Position numbers and translations under genes: made by a program. From a virus (lineage: Duplodnaviria > Caudoviricetes): DNA of 60,770 nucleotides. The notes under the pieces were generated by a model. That model had not been told where the DNA came from. It was given only the letters and a program-made list of their open reading frames with translations, and made no database searches. Location: IMG/VR virus record IMGVR_UViG_3300045962_000005, positions 1-60,770 of that record; one strand, written 5' to 3'. Position 1 is the stretch's first letter. Every line of letters starts with the position of its first letter. Shown here piece after piece: positions 36,562-44,752 of the stretch.

Positions 36562-37809
36562 TTACGCCTCCATTTCAGATTCAGCTTTATCCATCATGGA
36601 TTGGAAAAATTTAACTCCATAAAACCGTAAGACTTCAGCTGGCACGACATAATCACCTGTTTCCATATGTGCTGTTTTTCCTTCAGCCATTGGGTCTTCT
36701 ACTTCTACATCTGTATCTGTATCTGTATCTACTTCGCCGCCTTCAGCAAAACCTAACTCACCTAGTATGAGCCTTGCATATTCATCGTATTTTGCTGCGG
36801 ATTCATCGTCGTAAAAATCGCTTGTAGTAGGGTTACGGTATAGTTCGTTTAGCATCTTTAGTTTATTGAGTGCGTTAGAATAACGTGAAGATTCTCCCAG
36901 CCTACTTTCTTGCACCCGGCTCCGTTCATTCTGAGCTTTTGTAGACATAACGTCGCTTAACAGGTCTAAGTCTTTAATATCATACTGTGTTCTGTCTCTG
37001 CCTCTGGAACTTTCTGCACTGGTGTCGTACCCGTATCGGGAGGTTTCAGCAGATAGCTTGTTGCCTTCGCGCGTTGCGTCGGTATTGGCAACAGAATTTA
37101 AATAACGTAGCGACGCATCTAGTCCTCTTGCGCTTCCACCGGATGCATCCAATGCATCAATAACTGACTGCTCTATTCGTTGTCTTGCAGTTGGACGGTT
37201 TTTTGGTGCTCTGGTAAACCCTTCTAATATACCTTCAACCGGACGGGCATCTGATAATTGCACCTGCCTGCCAAATGTCGGGTCTTTTGCTATAGGTATG
37301 GCATCGTAATCCATATCGCCGTAGTACCCTCTGTCCATAGCACGTAGACGCGCTTCACCGTCCAATATACGTCTGCGCGTTAGGGCATCCGTAAGCCTTG
37401 GTTCTGGTTCTCTTCCAGATGGCTCAGCTTTAGCAGCGTTCTCTGGTAGAGCAGTCGGTGCTTTTCTAGTAGCAGTATTAGCGGTAGTAGGAAGTGCGTA
37501 CAAAGCATTAAGCTCAGCTGTTCTATTGGCGACGGGCATAGAATAAATTTCATTAAGCGCTGCTACCCTATCGGCATTTTTACGTTTAGCCTTTTTACCG
37601 CTTTGCTCTGAACCTAGGGCTGCTACAAATGGGTCGGCAAACTCTCGAAACGTTTGCGCGTTCTTTCCAGTTCTTGGTGTAGACCTAGCAGGTTTAGCAG
37701 GGGGCTTAGGTTTTCTGTTTTTGACATATTCCCCTCTCGCCTCGGCTGCCGCCATATCCATAGCTGATTTTCTAGCGTCCGCTATATCTTGGGGAGTCAT
37801 AATTTTCAT
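36562..37809 (-). CDS. Putative internal virion protein
   Basis: 415 aa; C-terminal FAEGGEV and GDYVVP..V..YG motifs shared with 43857..44741. Confidence 0.55.
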   Translation of the reverse strand: MKIMTPQDIADARKSAMDMAAAEARGEYVKNRKPKPPAKPARSTPRTGKNAQTFREFADPFVAALGSEQSGKKAKRKNADRVAALNEIYSMPVANRTAELNALYALPTTANTATRKAPTALPENAAKAEPSGREPEPRLTDALTRRRILDGEARLRAMDRGYYGDMDYDAIPIAKDPTFGRQVQLSDARPVEGILEGFTRAPKNRPTARQRIEQSVIDALDASGGSARGLDASLRYLNSVANTDATREGNKLSAETSRYGYDTSAESSRGRDRTQYDIKDLDLLSDVMSTKAQNERSRVQESRLGESSRYSNALNKLKMLNELYRNPTTSDFYDDESAAKYDEYARLILGELGFAEGGEVDTDTDTDVEVEDPMAEGKTAHMETGDYVVPAEVLRFYGVKFFQSMMDKAESEMEA

Positions 37810-37819
37810 TTCAATTCAC

Positions 37820-38455
37820 CTATGTCCATTTAGTAGTGGTTACTATATCTCCAGCTCTACCTCTATAAAAGCTACGCTTTATTTCTCTTAACTCTTCATA
37901 CCATAAATCTTTAAACTGCTCAGCAGTGCCTACGTTGTTACCGTCTGCGTCGTTGGTTATTAAACATTTATACGCAGCATAATAGACGAGTACTTCATGG
38001 TATTCTTCTGGGATATAGGGGCCGTTGTTTTGTAGTATAGTTCCATCGGGGCTAACCGATGCAAGTACCGTCATTGAATAAACATCATCAGGAACGGGGT
38101 ATAGCACAATATCTTTCATATTGTAGTGGGTGCTAAAGTATTTGGGTTCGCTTGTATTCGTATCCCAAAACGCTTTAAGCGGTGACCCTCTCATACGGGT
38201 GAGTATAGTATCTCCAGCCTTAACACCTAGAACCCTGAGTATTTTATCTCCGGTGAATCCCGTTATCTGGTATGAACTTTTACCGCTTTTAGTACTGAAC
38301 CTTATCCCACCGTCTATTAGTACGCCAGTATACCTGCAGAACTCTTTTTCTCCTTGGTCTAAGTATCGCAGTATTACCGCTTCTGACCAAAGGTAAGGTG
38401 CAACAGTGTCGGCAGTTTCTTCTCGTACAGCAGCAACAATTTCGTCTTTGTCCAT
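37820..38455 (-). CDS. Head-tail adaptor / tail tubular protein A-like
   Basis: 211 aa; D...PYLWS, LYPVPD and IPEEYHEVLV.YAAY motifs. Confidence 0.7.
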   Translation of the reverse strand: MDKDEIVAAVREETADTVAPYLWSEAVILRYLDQGEKEFCRYTGVLIDGGIRFSTKSGKSSYQITGFTGDKILRVLGVKAGDTILTRMRGSPLKAFWDTNTSEPKYFSTHYNMKDIVLYPVPDDVYSMTVLASVSPDGTILQNNGPYIPEEYHEVLVYYAAYKCLITNDADGNNVGTAEQFKDLWYEELREIKRSFYRGRAGDIVTTTKWT

Positions 38456-38457
38456 GG

Positions 38458-38667
38458 CTACGAGCCTATGTCAGCGGCTAATTTTTCCTCTGCGGTTTTA
38501 GCTTTCTTTTTTGCAGGGGCACGTCTACGACGCGGTTTAGGTTTTTCTTCTACAACCTCAGCCTCCGCTTCAAACTGTTCAAAAACTTCTGTATCGTCTC
38601 TCTTAGCTAAAAGATCGGTGTACACGAAAATATCGCCTGTAGGCTTATGTCTTAGCATAGTAGGCAT
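38458..38667 (-). CDS. Hypothetical protein
   Basis: 69 aa, GGGAG SD. Confidence 0.6.
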   Translation of the reverse strand: MPTMLRHKPTGDIFVYTDLLAKRDDTEVFEQFEAEAEVVEEKPKPRRRRAPAKKKAKTAEEKLAADIGS

Positions 38668-38728
38668 ATCAGTCTCCCTATTTTAATGGGCAACGACAAA
38701 AGGGGGGAAAGCCGTCACCCAAACTTTA

Positions 38729-39157
38729 TTACCCTACGATGGTTACGTCTAAATACACTTTTATTTTTAGTGTATCGGCAGCCGCCGTTATAACAGTAAC
38801 ACGGAGCGGTTTGTCACCAGCATGAACGGTAGCAGTTCCTAAATCAGCAGCGGCAGGAGTACCCACCTTAATACCTGCAGTATCGCAGTCTGTAGATGTA
38901 AGGAAACCGTTAGGATCGTCGGCAGTTCCAAGTTCAACATTAACGTCAGTTTCGCCTGTTATGACTTCTAAAAGACAGCTGTTAACAACAGTACCTTCAG
39001 GCAGTGTCATAACATCAGCGGTATCGTCAATAGCCATATTGCGTTTAGACGCATCGAATTCAGCTACCATTACAGTAGTAGCTGGGTAGCCAGCAGCGTT
39101 AGCACCATTGGCATTAGCAATAGTGTCTCCGTTGCTATAAGTGGTGTAGTTAGCCAT
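38729..39157 (-). CDS. Minor capsid/cement protein (putative)
   Basis: 142 aa, beta-rich, downstream of the major capsid gene, GAGGA SD. Confidence 0.6.
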   Translation of the reverse strand: MANYTTYSNGDTIANANGANAAGYPATTVMVAEFDASKRNMAIDDTADVMTLPEGTVVNSCLLEVITGETDVNVELGTADDPNGFLTSTDCDTAGIKVGTPAAADLGTATVHAGDKPLRVTVITAAADTLKIKVYLDVTIVG

Positions 39158-39173
39158 TTATTTTATCCTCTTA

Positions 39174-39557
39174 TTAAGTAATGGTTATCGCAGGTGGAGC
39201 AGCAACGCCAGCAGCGCCAACAATTACCCAACCAACAGTGTCGTTTACATATTCAAGTGTAGCAGTATCTCCTGCATCAGCAAACACTATAGTTGCAAAA
39301 CCAGAACAGGTAGCCGGAGTTAAAGTACCAGTACCACCGCCGTCAGTGACTAGCGATATGGTAATGGTTTGTCCAGTTTTTCCGTTTGCTAAAGTTAACG
39401 CTTCAGCGTCAGCTCCAGTGGTCTTTGCAACATAGCGATGAGTGACAGGGATAGCTAAGGCATCAGCAGCAGAAGTAGTTGAATACCCTCTAACGCCAGT
39501 ACGCAAAGAACGTTCTACTACTAAATCGCCAACTGTATGTTTTTCATATCTAGCCAT
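39174..39557 (-). CDS. Head decoration protein (putative)
   Basis: 127 aa, Thr/Gly/Ala-rich, directly after the major capsid gene. Confidence 0.55.
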   Translation of the reverse strand: MARYEKHTVGDLVVERSLRTGVRGYSTTSAADALAIPVTHRYVAKTTGADAEALTLANGKTGQTITISLVTDGGGTGTLTPATCSGFATIVFADAGDTATLEYVNDTVGWVIVGAAGVAAPPAITIT

Positions 39558-39568
39558 CTCTAGTCTCC

Positions 39569-40507
39569 TTATTCAGCTGCCTGATATACATAACCGCCAA
39601 CAAGTGATTCACCATCTACAACTTTATACCCATAGACCTGCAGTCCACGCATAATGTCACCAAAAGTAGACTCTGCACGCAGGGTTTCAGTCTTGGTTAA
39701 TTGAGATGCGAAAGTTAAACCTTGAGTAACGCCAGCGAAAACATAGTAGTGATTAGTAGTAATCGTATCACTGGTATCGCTTACGAACGGAAGGTTGTTG
39801 CTGTTGTATATAGTGAAACGGTCAATAATTCCAACACGTCCATTACGCATAGGAGTAGTGCCGTCGCCTGTTAAAGATGCATCTTTGATGTCAGACTTTT
39901 TAAGCTTAGTTGTCATCCAGTATGGAAGAACTAAGAAACGACCAGTTTCAGGACGGTTTTGCTCGTCTAAAACTTGACCCATATCAAGAATAAAATCTAG
40001 CACGGTAGCTGAGTTAATGGGAACACCGTCAGTAGCAGCACCCATATCTATACCTGCTGTGATACGACCTGCAGTAGCGCCTTTATTAGCAGCTGCAATA
40101 TCAGGGTAAATAGACCCTAAGATATCTGTATCAATAGCAATCTTCATTTGCTCAGCAGCATCTTGTGCCCATAAATTCATCTGATTAATGTCAGCTTGCT
40201 TTTCCTGAACATCGTCTATAATTGCAGACCAGTACTTACCTTTGTCGATAAGTAACTCTACGTTACTAGATTCAGGACGCTGGTTAACCAAAGTTTGACC
40301 AGATGAGTAATCGTTAATAGAAAGTGAAGGGATGGTACGAATAAGGACTTTATCACCTTGGTTGGAGATTTCGCCTTCGTATGTTGTATTACTAATAGCC
40401 CCTAACACTGTAGCATCATAGAACTTTTCGATTAGTTTGCTACTCCAGATTTCAGGTATAAAAGTACCTGAGTAGGAAGTAGAACCGTTTACGACTGGAT
40501 AAGCCAT
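39569..40507 (-). CDS. Major capsid protein
   Basis: 312 aa. FIPEIWS.KL...FY, YEGEI...GDKV.I and FGDIMRGLQVYG.KV motifs; follows the scaffold gene. Confidence 0.88.
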   Translation of the reverse strand: MAYPVVNGSTSYSGTFIPEIWSSKLIEKFYDATVLGAISNTTYEGEISNQGDKVLIRTIPSLSINDYSSGQTLVNQRPESSNVELLIDKGKYWSAIIDDVQEKQADINQMNLWAQDAAEQMKIAIDTDILGSIYPDIAAANKGATAGRITAGIDMGAATDGVPINSATVLDFILDMGQVLDEQNRPETGRFLVLPYWMTTKLKKSDIKDASLTGDGTTPMRNGRVGIIDRFTIYNSNNLPFVSDTSDTITTNHYYVFAGVTQGLTFASQLTKTETLRAESTFGDIMRGLQVYGYKVVDGESLVGGYVYQAAE

Positions 40508-40530
40508 AGTTATTTCCTCATAAAATTAGG

Positions 40531-41547
40531 TTACGCTGCAATCCTACCTTCGGACTGAGCTGCAAAAAAATCCCGCTCAAGCGCTTTAAACTCTTTGTCT
40601 GATATTAGACCTTTTCGTTTATTGGCATACACTTGTGCGATTTCATTGCGTGTCCACGTGCGTTTCGATTCAGATTTGGGGGTAGTGCTTTTAGCTTTTC
40701 CCGGTGCAACCAGTTTTTCTTTAGCGGATTTAGCAGTAGATGATGGTTCTTGTTTTTCCAGACTGCTATGGTACTGGTTAAAAAACACAGCTGCTCTGTT
40801 AGCGTCTTGGTTTTTATGGGCAAGGCCTAGAAGCTCCATCTTGGTTGTTCCGGTGTAAGGGTCTACCTGCTGCAACCAACTTATAAAATCTTGGTTTTCG
40901 TTTAGTTCCCGCCATTCTGGTGAAAGACGGTCTAACGTAGCGTAAAATGCATTTTGAGATACTTCCTCAGTAGATTTAGCGACGTTACTAATGCCACCTT
41001 CCAGCTTTGCCAAACGGTCTTCAAGCTTTCTAGTGTACGAAGTGAATTGTTTAGCCATAGATTCTGATGCGACTCTACGCATTACATCAATCATATCGTT
41101 GCCATACTCTTCAATATCGTCTTTTGTAACAAGTTGCTTAATTTCAGGAGCTTTATTTTCCTGCGCTGGTTTAGCATTACTAATGTCTGACAAGAGCGAA
41201 CGCATAGCTTCTATCTCTTCATCTTTTTTAGTAATCATACCTTGCAAGACTTTCCACCGCTGGTCTGCCTGTTCTACCTGCTTACGAAGATACCCTACTT
41301 CATTTTCTGAATCTTTTTCTTCCGTGGATTCAACACCAGAATCAGTCTCCGGTGTTTGCACGTCTTTATCAATATCGTCTGACTGAACGTTTTCGGCCTC
41401 TGCTGTGATTGCATCGTCCTGTTCACTTTCTTGTTTTTCAACGGAAGGTTCTTTATTTTCCCCATCTAAAGGGCCAGCTTTTTCCTGTTGATTCAACTTA
41501 GTGATTAGTGCGTCTGCTTCTTCACCTAATTTTTTTGGGTCGAACAT
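40531..41547 (-). CDS. Capsid scaffolding protein (putative)
   Basis: 338 aa, acidic coiled-coil, between portal and major capsid genes. Confidence 0.7.
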   Translation of the reverse strand: MFDPKKLGEEADALITKLNQQEKAGPLDGENKEPSVEKQESEQDDAITAEAENVQSDDIDKDVQTPETDSGVESTEEKDSENEVGYLRKQVEQADQRWKVLQGMITKKDEEIEAMRSLLSDISNAKPAQENKAPEIKQLVTKDDIEEYGNDMIDVMRRVASESMAKQFTSYTRKLEDRLAKLEGGISNVAKSTEEVSQNAFYATLDRLSPEWRELNENQDFISWLQQVDPYTGTTKMELLGLAHKNQDANRAAVFFNQYHSSLEKQEPSSTAKSAKEKLVAPGKAKSTTPKSESKRTWTRNEIAQVYANKRKGLISDKEFKALERDFFAAQSEGRIAA

Positions 41548-41572
41548 AGTTATTTATCTCCTAGATGCCGGG

Positions 41573-41797
41573 TTATCTACCTGCTTTTCTTATGATGTCA
41601 TTAGCGCCTTTTATGTTGTCTATTAAATCTGACAACTCCTGAGCGCGGCCTTGTGACCAGCGAACGTGCACCTCTTTTTCCATAGTAGTTATGTCTTTGT
41701 GGTGCTTATTTAATCGTTCCTGTAGCCACTCAATAAACACGGGTTCAGAGCTTTTTAGCCTAGCTAATGCCTCTACAACTTTTATGTCTATTTTCAT
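41573..41797 (-). CDS. Small conserved head-region protein
   Basis: 74 aa after the portal gene; no SD visible. Confidence 0.65.
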   Translation of the reverse strand: MKIDIKVVEALARLKSSEPVFIEWLQERLNKHHKDITTMEKEVHVRWSQGRAQELSDLIDNIKGANDIIRKAGR

Positions 41798-41804
41798 ATC
41801 TTAT

Positions 41805-41832
41805 ATTATGTACTAAAAGCCTGCATTGTCAA
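41805..41832 (-). promoter_or_regulatory. Internal promoter for head genes
   Basis: TTGACA-16 bp-CATAAT in the gap after the portal gene. Confidence 0.6.
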
Positions 41833-41835
41833 GGG

Positions 41836-43863
41836 TTATGACAACGCACGCATATCATTATTTCCAAAATTATCTATTATTTCAGCTCCCGTAAATAATT
41901 GGTCTTCGTTTGGCTTACTAATCGCCTCTTGTCCGTTCGGTGCTGGTGGTGGTTCTGGTTGTGCCGGTGGCACTGAACCACGCATAGGAATAACGCGGTT
42001 AGTGTCCATACCCAAATCTTTAGCGACTTCGCGTAGTATTTCTGCACGACCTTCTGGGCCAACAATCTGAGAATCAATTGGGTTAGCTGTTGCCTGTAAA
42101 AATTCGTTGCGTCTTAGCTGTAATGTTTCTATCTGCATGAGTGCTACTGCACCTTTAGCGACTACCTGTGCGTCACCTTTCACGCTACTATCATCGTCAT
42201 ACTGCATATTGAACTGGTACAACTGAGTTAACAGTGGAGTAAGCACTTTCGTATCTATAGTGGATACCACGCCTTTTAGCCCTTTATTCGCTGCATTGAA
42301 CAGCATAGACATGCCTGACGCAGTGCGACCTACACCACCACTGATGTTATCTGAACCACCCATGTATCTCGGTATTAAACTCCAATCATCTGCGTACTGG
42401 TAGAACTTATCTAAAACGGCAAGTAGCTCCGACGCATTGGTATTTGGCTGGAAAAAGTCTATTGCTTGTGCACCGGAACCATACTGACTATCGGTTATCT
42501 GCCATATCTTCCAAGGGTGCATAGTTTCTATGTCCTCACCGGGAGGTAACCGGTCTACGTTGATAGCGACTTGTGGCCCTGATGCAATCCCCATATTATT
42601 CACTAGAGAACGTAAGGCTGCATTGGTAACCCCTTCAACATCTTTTAGGCCATCAGGTAATCCCTGCCCCCAGTACTCACCGGGTATTTCTTCCCAACAT
42701 GCTTTGAATATCGGTCTGATGCCTAATGGATTCGGATTAAGCTGTACTTTTATAACTTGTTTATTTATCAACCATGCCGTAACTTCGTAATCTTTATCTT
42801 TATCTGTAATGTCGTTAGAACTCATTCCCCACTCTAATAAGAGATGCCCGGGAATAGGCCCGTAGTATTCTAGGGCATCTATTTCAAACATAGGTTTATT
42901 TAGCGAGTGCGTACTATTATCGTAATCTGCCTCGTCAGCATCGGTAAGACCCAACCAATTCCGTAGCGCACCGTTTTTACTTTCTTCCAAAACCATGCGG
43001 ATAGATTCTTCATTGTATCCCTCTAGCCCTATCAAGTCATGCAGAGAACCGCGCTCTAATGTTATATGTTCTATCCAGTATCCGTCTTGCGGAGAAGATG
43101 AACCCGGACTAGGGTATGCACGTAACGGGTCTACTCTGTCAAAGGTAGGTATGATTTCATCCTCTGCGTCAGGTGCCCAGCCATTCGCGTTCTGCTGCCA
43201 TTTGAGCATCGTCTTGCGTCTGAATATCGGGCCTTTAAAGTGAGCTGCCGGGTAAGTAACCATATCGTTAAGGAAATCACCCCACGCTTCATTAAACCCC
43301 GCTTCTACCATCTGGTCTTCAATCTTATCGCCCATGCGTTCTACAGCTAATCTAGCTTCTTCTTTTATACGCATACGAACAGCGTCGGTTAGCTCATTTT
43401 TACGGGCTTGAACCATTTCCAACGGGGGAGATTGGCCTGTTAATGCAGTTGCCTCTATTATTTCTTTGTGTATTGCCTGCTCTACCTGCATTAAGTTTTC
43501 TGTGGTGAGCGTCGGTACGGGTGTTGGTTTAAGTGACCAAGCTCTATCAGATTGGCCTAGGTATACATCGCGCAACCATGCCTCTGCTATGCGACACTTG
43601 TTGCTAACAATCCTGCCGTATTCTTCGGAACCACCTGTGACTGACCGTATCTCAGATAACTTACTGGACTCATATTCCCCACGTCTAGCCCTACTAGCCG
43701 AAAGTATACGGTCTTTAACATCTGATTTCGCAGTTCGCGCATCCTGCCAAGCACTGTGAATATGTCCAGCTATACCTTCTAGTACAGGAGCATCGAAAGA
43801 AGCTTCTTTAGCCTCTTCATCCTCCATCGCTAATAGCTGAGAATTAGTAACTACGTTTAGCAT
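41836..43863 (-). CDS. Portal protein
   Basis: 675 aa. PGEYWGQGLP, NAALRSLVNN, ASGPQ and GRTASGMSML are podovirus portal-type motifs. Confidence 0.85.
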   Translation of the reverse strand: MLNVVTNSQLLAMEDEEAKEASFDAPVLEGIAGHIHSAWQDARTAKSDVKDRILSASRARRGEYESSKLSEIRSVTGGSEEYGRIVSNKCRIAEAWLRDVYLGQSDRAWSLKPTPVPTLTTENLMQVEQAIHKEIIEATALTGQSPPLEMVQARKNELTDAVRMRIKEEARLAVERMGDKIEDQMVEAGFNEAWGDFLNDMVTYPAAHFKGPIFRRKTMLKWQQNANGWAPDAEDEIIPTFDRVDPLRAYPSPGSSSPQDGYWIEHITLERGSLHDLIGLEGYNEESIRMVLEESKNGALRNWLGLTDADEADYDNSTHSLNKPMFEIDALEYYGPIPGHLLLEWGMSSNDITDKDKDYEVTAWLINKQVIKVQLNPNPLGIRPIFKACWEEIPGEYWGQGLPDGLKDVEGVTNAALRSLVNNMGIASGPQVAINVDRLPPGEDIETMHPWKIWQITDSQYGSGAQAIDFFQPNTNASELLAVLDKFYQYADDWSLIPRYMGGSDNISGGVGRTASGMSMLFNAANKGLKGVVSTIDTKVLTPLLTQLYQFNMQYDDDSSVKGDAQVVAKGAVALMQIETLQLRRNEFLQATANPIDSQIVGPEGRAEILREVAKDLGMDTNRVIPMRGSVPPAQPEPPPAPNGQEAISKPNEDQLFTGAEIIDNFGNNDMRALS

Positions 43864-44741
43864 TTCATGGCCCTCTTGACTGTGCCGCCTTGCCTATAGT
43901 TCTGGTCTTCACTTTTTCGTCTGGCTTTACCCATTGCTTCCCTAGCCTTAGCTATGAGCGTATCGAAATGTTTAGTGCCATAATAGTCTACGACGTGTTT
44001 AGGTATAACAAATTCATCCTTAGATAAACGTGCTGGTTGTTGACCGTCTATCATTGCAAGTACGGAATCTGATTTAGGCGTTCCGGGGCCGTCTACCATT
44101 GCACCGCCTACGTCTTGAAGCTCATCGGTTACTACACCGCCTTTAGCGTATAACTGAGTTTGTCCAGCGTTTCGGGCTACCATATTATTGCGTGCACGCT
44201 TAGAAAGCAACGCTCCGACGACTTTGGCGTATTGCTCAGGGGAGAGCGCATTGGCATTGCCCACCATCGCTTTAGCGTATGCGGGATACCCTGCAGCGAC
44301 TTCTCCACCATCAGCGTATTTATAACTTACAACGGTTTCGTATTTTGCCCTATCGTTAGGGTCTGTAATCGGAGCGCCCAGCGATCCTAATAGGCCTTGT
44401 CTATACCCTTCGTATAAGGGACCTTCAGAATCTTGCGTTGCGTCTAGCGCCATTTTAGTCTGGTCTAACCCGAACCTGTCGCGGTCTAACCCGAACCTGT
44501 CGCGGTCTAACCCGAACTTATCTCTTTCTAGCGCCGCTTGGTCTTTCTCCAAACCGTACTTAGCCTGTTGCTCTGCGGTCAGCTGAGCGTTATCCAGCTC
44601 TTTCTCTGCAGCCATAAACGCTGTTTTAGACACTGCACCCGTTCGGCTTCTACCCTTAGCATCGCTTATGATTTTCCGTGCCCGTTTTCCAGCGAGGTCT
44701 TCTGCAGATTCATCGTTTCCTAACATTCCTATAAAAGCCAT
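43857..44741 (-). CDS. Putative internal virion protein
   Basis: 294 aa; repeated Y-x-x-GG-x-V motifs and GPGTPKSDS...LSKDEFVIP. Confidence 0.55.
   Translation of the reverse strand: MAFIGMLGNDESAEDLAGKRARKIISDAKGRSRTGAVSKTAFMAAEKELDNAQLTAEQQAKYGLEKDQAALERDKFGLDRDRFGLDRDRFGLDQTKMALDATQDSEGPLYEGYRQGLLGSLGAPITDPNDRAKYETVVSYKYADGGEVAAGYPAYAKAMVGNANALSPEQYAKVVGALLSKRARNNMVARNAGQTQLYAKGGVVTDELQDVGGAMVDGPGTPKSDSVLAMIDGQQPARLSKDEFVIPKHVVDYYGTKHFDTLIAKAREAMGKARRKSEDQNYRQGGTVKRAMKC
44462..44517 (+). repeat. 21-bp tandem repeat, ~2.7 copies
   Basis: GGTCTAACCCGAACCTGTCGC twice plus 14 bp; encodes FGLDRDR heptads on the - strand. Confidence 0.9.
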
Positions 44742-44752
44742 TTTATTTCTCC

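Noticed and set aside
36872-36880. Partial dyad GCGTTAGAA in the late arm
   Set aside because: Only one arm matches, and it is explained by Ser-Asn-Ala codons on the - strand.
38685-38722. Hairpin downstream of the capsid gene cluster as a terminator
   Set aside because: A stem can form on the - strand but there is no following U-tract; at most an mRNA-stabilising hairpin.
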